34,058 nt of DNA from positions 1-34,058 of the forward strand of contig DAOVSE010000002.1 in the NCBI GenBank assembly GCA_030633595.1, read 5' to 3'. Made by a program: the position numbers and the translations under genes. Below are positions 17,531 through 25,786 of the stretch, one piece after another. Within the stretch, counting starts at the first letter, position 1; every line of letters starts with the position of its first letter. A model generated the notes under the pieces. The model was not told the DNA's origin. It ran no database searches and saw only the letters and a list, made by a program, of their open reading frames with translations. The stretch is from Candidatus Altiarchaeota archaeon. GTDB lineage: Archaea; Altiarchaeota; Altiarchaeia; IMC4; QMZM01.

Positions 17531-18689
17531 ATATGATGTAATTGTTATTGGTGCCGGTCCTGCCGGCTCTACTGCAGCGAAATTTGCGGCAGAAAAGGCA
17601 GATGTTTTGGTTGTGGATAAGCATCGTGAGATAGGTTCCCCCAAGAGATGCGGTGAGGGTCTCGGACTAAAAGCGTTTGAAAAATTTGAAATTCCCTTGG
17701 ATAAGAGATTTGTCAATAAAGAGATGTGTGGTGCAGTAGTCTATGCCCCGAATGGTAGTAAAGTAGAGATAGAATACGATGGAATTTATGGGTATATAAT
17801 CGAGAGAAAGATCTTTGATAAATTTCTCGCCACAGAGGCCTCAAGACAGGGAGCAAAGGTTCTGGCCGATACAGAGGCTTCTCTGCTAAAGGAGAACGGA
17901 AGAATCATTGGTGTCAGAATAACACATCAGAGAAAGGAAAAAGAGATTAAAGCGAAGATCATTGTAGCCGCAGATGGCGTTGACTCCCAGATAGCTAGGC
18001 AGGCTGGTATTGATACAACTATAAACCTCGCGGATATAGGTTCCTGCTTTGAGTACGAGATGTCCGGGATAGAGATCGAAAACCCGGAGATGATCCACAT
18101 GTTTATGGGAAACAAATTAGCACCAAAGGGATATGTATGGATATTCCCGAAGGACGATGACAGAGCAAATATAGGTATCGGAATCTCTGGGACAGAGAAA
18201 AGAACGGCAAAATATTATCTGGATAGATTCATTAAATCAAGACCCGGATTAGAGAAGGGAAGTATCATAGAAGTTAATGTAGGTTGTGTCCCCGTTGGCG
18301 ATTTTTTACGAGAACTGGTCAGGGATAACCTGATGGTGGTTGGCGATGCGGCGAGGCAGGTAAATCCAATTCACGGTGGCGGAATATGTGAGGCTATGTT
18401 GGCTGGAAAACTGGCAGGGATTAAGGCAGGAAAGGCCATAAATTCTGGAAATTTGGAAATGCTTAAGGAATACGAAACTGAATGGTTTTCAACAGAGGGT
18501 AAAAAGCTGGAAAAAATCCTGAAGGTTAGACATTTCGCAGAAAAACTCGGGGATGAGGACATGAATTATCTCGCTAAGGTCTGGAACGGCGATGACCTGG
18601 TTAGAATATCCGGGGGGGAGTACAGTATAGCATTTAAAAAGATAATCAAACACCCGAGACTCCTGGGATTACTTAAGAATTTTGTATAG
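17520..18689 (+). CDS. digeranylgeranylglycerophospholipid reductase (GGR)
   Basis: GAGPAGS, PKRCGEGL, APKGYVWIFPK, VGDAARQVNPIHGGGI. Confidence 0.92.
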   Translation: MKDEYDVIVIGAGPAGSTAAKFAAEKADVLVVDKHREIGSPKRCGEGLGLKAFEKFEIPLDKRFVNKEMCGAVVYAPNGSKVEIEYDGIYGYIIERKIFDKFLATEASRQGAKVLADTEASLLKENGRIIGVRITHQRKEKEIKAKIIVAADGVDSQIARQAGIDTTINLADIGSCFEYEMSGIEIENPEMIHMFMGNKLAPKGYVWIFPKDDDRANIGIGISGTEKRTAKYYLDRFIKSRPGLEKGSIIEVNVGCVPVGDFLRELVRDNLMVVGDAARQVNPIHGGGICEAMLAGKLAGIKAGKAINSGNLEMLKEYETEWFSTEGKKLEKILKVRHFAEKLGDEDMNYLAKVWNGDDLVRISGGEYSIAFKKIIKHPRLLGLLKNFV

Positions 18690-18716
18690 ATTTCTGGATG
18701 AATTTTAAGAGATAAA

Positions 18717-18827
18717 ATGACGAGGTGGAGATGTACTGTATGCGGGCATAGTCATGAAGGAGATGAACCACCAGAGGAATGTCCCGTCTGTGGCGCTCCG
18801 AAAGAAAAGTTTGAGCGGATAGAGTAG
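18717..18827 (+). CDS. rubredoxin-like small protein (36 aa, not in ORF track)
   Basis: Manual translation MTRWRCTVCGHSHEGDEPPEECPVCGAPKEKFERIE, like the rubrerythrin C-terminal rubredoxin domain. Confidence 0.85.
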   Translation: MTRWRCTVCGHSHEGDEPPEECPVCGAPKEKFERIE

Positions 18828-18912
18828 AAATTTTATAGGCTAAAGTAGGCAGTGGGATGGTACATCTACTCCTTCCAATGTTCATTCCGCAGATATAAAG
18901 ATGGAAAAGTGA

Positions 18913-19215
18913 CTACTCCGCCTTTTTCATGGCCTTCTCCAGCTTGCCTATCTTCTTTTCCAGTTTTCGCAGGTCCTCTTTGGATGCCACGTTTATCCCC
19001 TTTAATGTTTTCTTGACCTCTTTGTCAATTCTCTTCGTCAATTCATTTCCCTGTTCTTCCGATCTCTTCAGGAGATCTTTAACCAGGGTTTTCCCCTCAT
19101 CCTGACTGAGTTCACCCTTTTTAACCAAATCGTTTGCTAACTCCTCAGCCTTTTCCTTCGTAAGTGCGGCAATTCCAATTCCCAGCAGACCAATCTTTCG
19201 TATGTATTCTTTCAT
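18913..19215 (-). CDS. phasin-like (PhaF/granule-associated) protein
   Basis: LLGIGIAALTKEKAEELANDLVKKGELSQDEGK...ASKEDLRKLEKKI; customary partner of UbiB kinases; GGTGA RBS before ATG 19215. Confidence 0.8.
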   Translation of the reverse strand: MKEYIRKIGLLGIGIAALTKEKAEELANDLVKKGELSQDEGKTLVKDLLKRSEEQGNELTKRIDKEVKKTLKGINVASKEDLRKLEKKIGKLEKAMKKAE

Positions 19216-19257
19216 AGATATCACCAATTAATTTATATTATTGATTGAAAATAAAAA

Positions 19258-20916
19258 CTAAAACCTCCCACTCCGGAGTATCGATATCACCAAACCCATT
19301 CCCAGGATTCCTGCAATGATAAACCCCAAGATGCCTATTACAGGCAGTTCGAATAACAGAGGACCCTTGCCGGTAAGCATTATTACCGAGGAACCGACGA
19401 TTATTGCGGAGATGATTAGACTTACAGAGAGTCTATTGCTAACTAAATCCAATTCGGCTATAACCTTGTTCAGACCCTTATGCTCCAGATCTATTAACAA
19501 TTTACCCCTCTCCAGCTTGGACAGTATCTGATTCAATCTTCTGGGTAAAAGCATCATTAGTTCATTAAATTCGGATATATTCTCTATGAATCTACCTATT
19601 ATCCTCCTTGGATGTACCCTCTCCGCAACTAATGATTCAACAAAGGGTTCAGATATCTCGGTGAGATTGAAATCGGGATTCAATTCTCTACAGATTCCCT
19701 CCGTGGTTACTAGGGCTTTAATCAATAGGGCGAAATTTGCAGGTATCCTTATCTTATGTTTTAATGCGGTTTTCATTATCTCGTTCATTATTACGGAGAT
19801 GTTAACCTGTTTTAATTCAGTTCCATAGTATTTCTCTATGAGCTCTGCTATGTCATCTTTAAATTCGGGAATGGATGTTTCATCACCCACTATTCCGATA
19901 TCCAGAAATTCGTCTATAATTCTGTTCGTATCTCTCTGTATTATGGCAATGAACAAGCTTGCCAATTTCTCTTTCATGTAATCATCGACTCTGCCCATGA
20001 TCCCGAAGTCCATGAAGGCAATTACTTTGTTATTAATTACAAAGATATTCCCTGGATGTGGATCTGCATGGAAGAATCCATCGATTAGGATCTGCTTCAT
20101 GTAAGATTTGGCTATATTCTCGGATAGATTTTTTCTGGCCTCATCCCCTATTTCTTCGCCTATGTCACTTATTTTAGTCCCTTGAATGGATTCCATGGTC
20201 ATGATTCTCTTACTGGTGAGTTCCCAGTAAACCTTGGGTATATAAACCTCTTCAGAATCGGCAAAATTTCGAGCAAATTTCTCCGCATTTCTTCCCTCAA
20301 CCGTAAAATCTAATTCCTTTCTTATCGTCTTGGCAAATTCCTCCACTATCCCCACTGGATCATACAATCTGCTCTCTGATATGTGTTTTGTAATTAATCG
20401 GGCGAGATTAAACAGAATGTCTAAGTCTGCCTCAATTGTAGCCTCAATTTCAGGGCGCTGAACCTTCACAACCACACCCTTCCCATCCAAAACAGCAGGA
20501 TGTACCTGAGCGATAGATGCCGCAGCTACAGGATCTCTATCAAATGAATCAAATAGTTCTTTTATGGGGGCCCCAAACTCCTTTTTAATCTCTGACTCGA
20601 CATCGTCATATCCAAAACCCGGAACCCTGTCCTGGAGCTTTTTAAATTCCTCAACGAGATCCATTGGAATTAGATCGGGTCTCATCGACAGAATCTGACC
20701 AAATTTGATGAATGTTGTTCCCAATTCCTCCAGAACGAGTCTGGCTCTAACTGGAACAGGTATTTTAACCACTTCCTCCCTTGGCTTTTTCCACGGATGA
20801 AGTTTCAATTCCAGCCGCTCTACCAGATGACCGAAGCCATGTTTAATTAAAACATTGGCTATCTGTCTGCTCCTCTGGATGCGTTTGAATCTTCTATGTA
20901 TTTTTCCGAACAACAT
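19258..20916 (-). CDS. AarF/UbiB/ABC1 family kinase-like protein
   Basis: FIKFGQILS, AAASIAQVH, VKVQRP, FFHADPHPGN, DFG, two C-terminal TMs. Confidence 0.93.
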   Translation of the reverse strand: MLFGKIHRRFKRIQRSRQIANVLIKHGFGHLVERLELKLHPWKKPREEVVKIPVPVRARLVLEELGTTFIKFGQILSMRPDLIPMDLVEEFKKLQDRVPGFGYDDVESEIKKEFGAPIKELFDSFDRDPVAAASIAQVHPAVLDGKGVVVKVQRPEIEATIEADLDILFNLARLITKHISESRLYDPVGIVEEFAKTIRKELDFTVEGRNAEKFARNFADSEEVYIPKVYWELTSKRIMTMESIQGTKISDIGEEIGDEARKNLSENIAKSYMKQILIDGFFHADPHPGNIFVINNKVIAFMDFGIMGRVDDYMKEKLASLFIAIIQRDTNRIIDEFLDIGIVGDETSIPEFKDDIAELIEKYYGTELKQVNISVIMNEIMKTALKHKIRIPANFALLIKALVTTEGICRELNPDFNLTEISEPFVESLVAERVHPRRIIGRFIENISEFNELMMLLPRRLNQILSKLERGKLLIDLEHKGLNKVIAELDLVSNRLSVSLIISAIIVGSSVIMLTGKGPLLFELPVIGILGFIIAGILGMGLVISILRSGRF

Positions 20917-20971
20917 AACCCCCCGCTAATAATTCCAATATATAAATTATTATATATCCGCTCCCTGATAT

Positions 20972-21961
20972 ATGAATAAAATTATAGATCTTAGAATGGA
21001 CATCTCGGTCATAATTCCCACCTGGAATGAGGAAAGATGTATCGAATCGTGCTTAAAAGCGATTAGATTCCAAGAGACCAGAGCGGAATATGAGATTATC
21101 GTCTGCGATGCGAAGAGTGATGATAAAACCGTGGATATAGCCAAAAAATATGCGGATAAGATTGTTGCCATAGACATTCACAGCCCCGGAATTAGCAGGA
21201 ATACAGGAGCAAAGCAAGCTGCTGGGAATTACCTGGTATTTGTGGATGCAGATACGATTCTGTCAAAAAATTACTTAGAGAGGGTCATGGAAAAATTTAA
21301 AGACCCCGAACTTCTGGGTTTCAGTGCGGGTTTTATATTTTCAAGGAGAACCGAAAAGTTAATCTTCACTGAAAAGATAACAAATTCCTATCTCAGTTTT
21401 AGGGACAAGGTTACTTTGACAACGTTAGTTGGATTTAACCTCGCTGTAAGGAAAAAGGCATTTAATACCATAAATGGCTTCAGAGATGTCCCACTTGAGG
21501 ACGGGGAATTCAGCATCCGCCTGAGGAAACTGGGGAAGATTAGATACTTTACGGATTTTTACGTTATCACCTCGTCCAGAAGGCTCGAGGAGATGGGCTT
21601 ACTGGGAACGATAAAATACTATCTCGAGATGGACCTCGCGAGGAGGGATCCGAAGATCGGTAAACTATTGTTGTATAATGGATACGTGAAATGCAAGGTG
21701 GATGACCTTCTATTGCAAGAAGAGTTTGCAAGAATTTTCAGCTCCAAGGTATCTTTTTCGGAAATGGACATCACGATCAGAGATTACATCCAGAGGAAGT
21801 CAGATGATCTGCTTGAAATTATGCACAAAACGACGAGGGAGCAATTTGCAAGAAAAATTACCGAGATTTCAGAATCGATAGCTGAGTTAAAGTTAAGGGC
21901 AAAGATAAGTAAAATGGATGTTGACAGAGCCATTAAATTAGTTAAGGGGAGGATCAAATGA
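20972..21961 (+). CDS. family 2 glycosyltransferase with extra C-terminal helical region
   Basis: ISVIIPTWNEE, FVDAD, GFRDVPLED, SSRRL; start may be ATG 20996. Confidence 0.88.
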   Translation: MNKIIDLRMDISVIIPTWNEERCIESCLKAIRFQETRAEYEIIVCDAKSDDKTVDIAKKYADKIVAIDIHSPGISRNTGAKQAAGNYLVFVDADTILSKNYLERVMEKFKDPELLGFSAGFIFSRRTEKLIFTEKITNSYLSFRDKVTLTTLVGFNLAVRKKAFNTINGFRDVPLEDGEFSIRLRKLGKIRYFTDFYVITSSRRLEEMGLLGTIKYYLEMDLARRDPKIGKLLLYNGYVKCKVDDLLLQEEFARIFSSKVSFSEMDITIRDYIQRKSDDLLEIMHKTTREQFARKITEISESIAELKLRAKISKMDVDRAIKLVKGRIK

Positions 21962-21969
21962 ATCGAAAA

Positions 21970-22007
21970 ACCCGAGACTTCTGGGATTACTTAAGAAGTT
22001 AGTATAG
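21970..22007 (+). repeat. direct-repeat copy of the GGR gene 3' end
   Basis: 35/38 identity to 18652-18689, including the TAG stop. Confidence 0.9.
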
Positions 22008-22107
22008 TGGCGGCTGTCACCCACTTGACTACTTCTGTTTACTATAACCATAGAGACAGAAAAGGTTTAATATCTTTTTAATCTCCCGCACAAAATATAT
22101 ATCCAAG

Positions 22108-23190
22108 ATGACAGGTAGTGTAGCCAAAAGAGATAAGCGTTACTGGTTGGTCTTCGGGATCATATCGGTGGGTCTTTTGTTGTACATGATTTTTCCCTTC
22201 ATTGACGTAATCATTTATGGCATCTTCATTTATTATATCACAAGGCCGGTCTATGAGCGCATTAATAATAGAATATGTAGTAAGAATATCTCCGCTACAC
22301 TCGCCCTTATCATTTTCGTCCTTCCGGTGATACTAATTCTTGTATATGCGATCAGTGTAGCCTCCCATGAATTGATGAGGTTCCTTGAGGGGGTAGATTA
22401 CACGATTCCAAGCGAATATTATCTGGGCAATATATTAGAGGAATTGAGCTACTTGGGTCAAAAAATGACGCCCCAGCAGATCTGGGAATTGATAATAACG
22501 AACAAAGATCTCACAGGCCTTCTAATCCTGCCACTGGAAAGCCTAGCTAAGCCGTTAGAAAGCTTAGTTAATCTGGGTTTGAAGCTATTCTTTATGTTTA
22601 CAATAGGATTCTATCTACTAAAGGATGGTAAAAGGCTCAGGGAATGGCTCCTTGGATCATCCCTTAAAGTGGATAATGAACTTTCTAAAAGATTCCTTGA
22701 CTCCGTAGACAAAGATCTCCACAGAATCTTCTTCAGCAACATCCTTATCGCGATGCTTACCTCAACGATAGGAATCACCCTGTTCTATATACTGAATCTC
22801 CTCGCACCAGAACATCTTGCAATCCCCTACCCATTTCTCATGGGATTACTATGTGGAATAGCAATATTCATCCCGGCGATAGGCATAAAGATTGTCTTGG
22901 TTCCACTGTACATCTACATTATAGCCCAGGCGTTCCTGAGCGGTATATTGCTCAGTTCATTAGGGTTCATTTTGATTTCCATAGTCTTGGTCTTTCTGTT
23001 TGTCGATATTTCCCCGGACATAGTCTTAAGACCGATCATAAGCTCCAGAGTTATTCACCCTGGTGTGATAATCCTTTCTTATCTATTTGGAGTTATGGTA
23101 TTTGGTTTCGTTGGGCTGTTCCTAGGACCCATGATAGTCGTTGTAGTAACAAATTTTATGGCAATTGTTTTCCCCAGGATACATAATTAG
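22108..23190 (+). CDS. AI-2E family transporter
   Basis: YYITRPVY, FYLLKDGK, LRP..SS..IHP, FGFVGLFLGP. Confidence 0.9.
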   Translation: MTGSVAKRDKRYWLVFGIISVGLLLYMIFPFIDVIIYGIFIYYITRPVYERINNRICSKNISATLALIIFVLPVILILVYAISVASHELMRFLEGVDYTIPSEYYLGNILEELSYLGQKMTPQQIWELIITNKDLTGLLILPLESLAKPLESLVNLGLKLFFMFTIGFYLLKDGKRLREWLLGSSLKVDNELSKRFLDSVDKDLHRIFFSNILIAMLTSTIGITLFYILNLLAPEHLAIPYPFLMGLLCGIAIFIPAIGIKIVLVPLYIYIIAQAFLSGILLSSLGFILISIVLVFLFVDISPDIVLRPIISSRVIHPGVIILSYLFGVMVFGFVGLFLGPMIVVVVTNFMAIVFPRIHN

Positions 23191-23229
23191 CTCTGTTTTA
23201 TTTACGCTAATTCAAATTTTTAACCCAGA

Positions 23230-23412
23230 ATGGCTTCGTTCAACTTGGTTAGGAAAACCGAAAGCCTGTGTCCCAAAGGGAATTTTGATGTTGAAAGAGT
23301 AGAGAGGTACGTCATACACTACCCCCTACCTGACGGCAAAATAGTACCCTTTTGCCCCTACAACAATATCCATAGAAGAGAGCTTAAAAGGAAATACTCA
23401 GTACCTATGTAA
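23230..23412 (+). pseudogene. internally deleted Tes/MJ0619-family radical SAM gene remnant
   Basis: N-terminal KTESLCP fused directly to C-terminal NFDVERV..IHY..PDGKIVPFC.YN..HR motif; the radical SAM core is absent. Confidence 0.7.
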
Positions 23413-23461
23413 ATGAATTAAAAACCCTGGTTCTAATAATTAAAACCATAGAATGGTCAAA

Positions 23462-23611
23462 AAGGAAAATCTCTCAGAGTGGTATCACAACAGCCTTTTC
23501 TTTAGAAAAGAAAACGCTGGCGAAAAGAAAGGGAAATCACTTCGTGATTTCTATCAAATGAGGTGAAAAACAAATGCCTGCTAAGGAAAATCTCTCAGAG
23601 TGGTATCACAA
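23462..23611 (+). repeat. 29-bp exact direct repeat of the proS 5' coding end flanking palindromic elements
   Basis: AAGGAAAATCTCTCAGAGTGGTATCACAA at 23462-23490 and 23583-23611. Confidence 0.92.
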
Positions 23612-24968
23612 GATTCTTGATGATGCTGAGATCGTAGATTCCAGATATCCGATAAAGGGTATGCCGGTCTATAGAAAGTGGGGCCTGTTCATCATCAGGG
23701 AGATGCAGAGATATCTTGAAAAGATGTTGGATGAGAGCGGTCACGAACCAACACTTTTTCCGGTTCTAATCTCAGAGGATACATTAGGGAAGGAAACGAA
23801 GCACATAACCGGCTTTGAGGAACAGGTGTTCTGGGTAACTCATGCAGGAACCAATGAACTGGAAAGAAGACTTGCGTTGAGGCCCACATCAGAAACCCCC
23901 ATCTACGAGATGTTCAAGCTCTGGATCAGATCACACACAGATTTACCTTTAAAGGTTTATCAGAGCTGTACGGTCTACAGATATGAGACAAAACATACCA
24001 GGCCTTTAATTCGTGGTAGAGAATTCCTCTGGAACGAGGGTCACTCCGCCCATGTAGATAAGAAAGATGTCAAAAGAAATATAAAAGAGATTCAGAAGAT
24101 CTACAGTAAATTGATTAAAGAGCTACTATGCATCTCCTTTGTCATAAATAAAAGACCAGAGTGGGACCGCTTTCCCGGCGCAGTTGACACCTATGCATTC
24201 GATACGCTGATGCCAGACGGAAAAACCCTACAAATAGCAACCATGCACAATCTTGGGCAGAATTTCTCCAGGGTCTTTGAAATCACATATGAAACCGAGA
24301 CAGGGGGGCATGAACATGTCTACCAGACCTCCTACGGCCCCAGCTTCGGTAGACTCCTGGCAGCTGTAATCTGCATCCATGGAGATGATAAAGGCCTTAT
24401 TTTACCCCCGAGGATCGCCCCACTGCAGGTAATAATCATCCCGATAGTCTTCAAGGAGTCGGACACAGGAAAAATTATGAAATATGCAGAAGAGGCCAAA
24501 GAGAGATTAAACTCCCTTGGCATACGGGCGGAGATAGATAGTGGAGAAGAAAGACCAGGCGCAAAGTTCTATCACTGGGAGATGAAGGGCGTTCCCCTAA
24601 GGCTAGAAATAGGCCCAAGGGATCTGAAAGAAAAGAAGATAACCGTAGTGAGACGTGATACTGGGGAGAAATCACAGATAAAATTTGGGGAAATCGACAG
24701 GATTGAAAAGATATTCGATGACATCTCCGAGAGTTTAAGGAAAAGGGCAGAAGGGAAATTTGAAGGGAGATTATTCAAGGTCAATAAACTAAAAGATGTT
24801 GAAAAGTACGTGGGTAGGGGTATTATCAGCCTGGGTTGGTGTAACAAAAAAGAGTGCGCCGAACGGATTGAGGAACATGCCGACATTCTATGCTCCGATG
24901 AAAATCCAATGAAATGCATAATCTGCAACGGCCCCGGAAGGGAGGTAAGAATTGCTAGGACGTATTGA
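23574..24968 (+). CDS. proS: proline--tRNA ligase (archaeal/eukaryotic type)
   Basis: LRPTSET, YRYETKHTRPLIRGREF, HGDDKGLILPP, WEMKGVPLRLEIGPRD. Confidence 0.97.
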   Translation: MPAKENLSEWYHKILDDAEIVDSRYPIKGMPVYRKWGLFIIREMQRYLEKMLDESGHEPTLFPVLISEDTLGKETKHITGFEEQVFWVTHAGTNELERRLALRPTSETPIYEMFKLWIRSHTDLPLKVYQSCTVYRYETKHTRPLIRGREFLWNEGHSAHVDKKDVKRNIKEIQKIYSKLIKELLCISFVINKRPEWDRFPGAVDTYAFDTLMPDGKTLQIATMHNLGQNFSRVFEITYETETGGHEHVYQTSYGPSFGRLLAAVICIHGDDKGLILPPRIAPLQVIIIPIVFKESDTGKIMKYAEEAKERLNSLGIRAEIDSGEERPGAKFYHWEMKGVPLRLEIGPRDLKEKKITVVRRDTGEKSQIKFGEIDRIEKIFDDISESLRKRAEGKFEGRLFKVNKLKDVEKYVGRGIISLGWCNKKECAERIEEHADILCSDENPMKCIICNGPGREVRIARTY

Positions 24969-25048
24969 GGGGGGGGTGTCATATTCACATTTATATTCAC
25001 AGTTATATACATATTTATATACATAATCGAAAATATTAGATTATAAAA

Positions 25049-25216
25049 ATGCCTGTTATGAAGAGGAAACAAATGGAAGGCCCCTCAGGAGGGGCTGGTT
25101 TAATTCGCTATTTCGATGTTGATGAGGGCGGTCCAAAGCTTGACCCGAAGCTCGTGATCAGCATCGTTGTCGCGATAATAATTCTGGAGATAATGTCTGC
25201 AGTTCTGCTCGGTTAG
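25049..25216 (+). CDS. secG: preprotein translocase subunit Sec61beta (55 aa, not in ORF track)
   Basis: Manual translation MPVMKRKQMEGPSGGAGLIRYFDVDEGGPKLDPKLVISIVVAIIILEIM...; AGLIRYF...K.DP plus a TM is the Sec61beta signature. Confidence 0.9.
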   Translation: MPVMKRKQMEGPSGGAGLIRYFDVDEGGPKLDPKLVISIVVAIIILEIMSAVLLG

Positions 25217-25315
25217 ATTCACTTCGTGAATTTTTATGGTTTGTGTTTTAGTCGGTCACAAGTTGTGGCGTGCACCAGCGCTTAGTTACACTTAACAAAA
25301 ATTAGATTCTATGCA

Positions 25316-25383
25316 GTGTCATCGAGTGAGCGTAGCGAACGAAGATGGCACCTGTTTTGATCAAACTTTTCTTAAAAGTTTGA
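25316..25383. repeat. composite palindromic element downstream of the SRP RNA
   Basis: GTGTCATC...GATGGCAC hairpin followed by TCAAACTTTT-CTT-AAAAGTTTGA. Confidence 0.7.
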
Positions 25384-25384
25384 T

Positions 25385-25657
25385 GGTGAACGCGTCCGGA
25401 AGTGGAAATATCTCCAGGATACTGGCTGCCTGAGTTCCTTCTCGTTTCCGCTACCCCACCAGCACCACTCTTTATAGTTAGGGCTGCTCCCGCCAAGGCC
25501 TGACCCGATTCCTACAGAGAGCGATCCGGCGAGACGAAAATTCATAGTTGAAAACCCAGACCAATACCCAGTTGATAGATCGCCTCCCAGACTTCGACCT
25601 CCCCGTAAGGACGATTTGAGATTACAGAGAACGCCCAACCCTCCGGCCTAGTTCACC
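25385..25657 (-). ncRNA. ffs: signal recognition particle (7S) RNA
   Basis: Terminal pairing GGTGAAC/GTTCACC; Alu-like 5' TAGGCCGGAGGGTTGGGCGTTCTCTGTAA; helix 8 GGGT-CAGG-CCT-TGGC-GGG-AGCA-GCCC with GAATC asymmetric loop; TATAAAA upstream. Confidence 0.88.
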
Positions 25658-25786
25658 GTTAGAATATGGAATTTTATAGCTAAATATTGAAAAACCCTTA
25701 AAATTCGTTCAGAATAGCCTCGAAATCTATCATATATTTATATGCGAAAAGACTATATTGTTATCTATAATTGTAATTAATCGAGA

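Noticed and set aside
24975-25026. Short ATATTCACA / TTATATACAT repeats upstream of Sec61beta
   Set aside because: Low-complexity AT-rich promoter sequence; too short to support an operator call
25302-25638. Short minus-strand ORFs, or RNase P RNA
   Set aside because: The region has SRP helix-8 and Alu signatures and lacks the RNase P GAGGAAAGUCC motif; the ORFs are incidental
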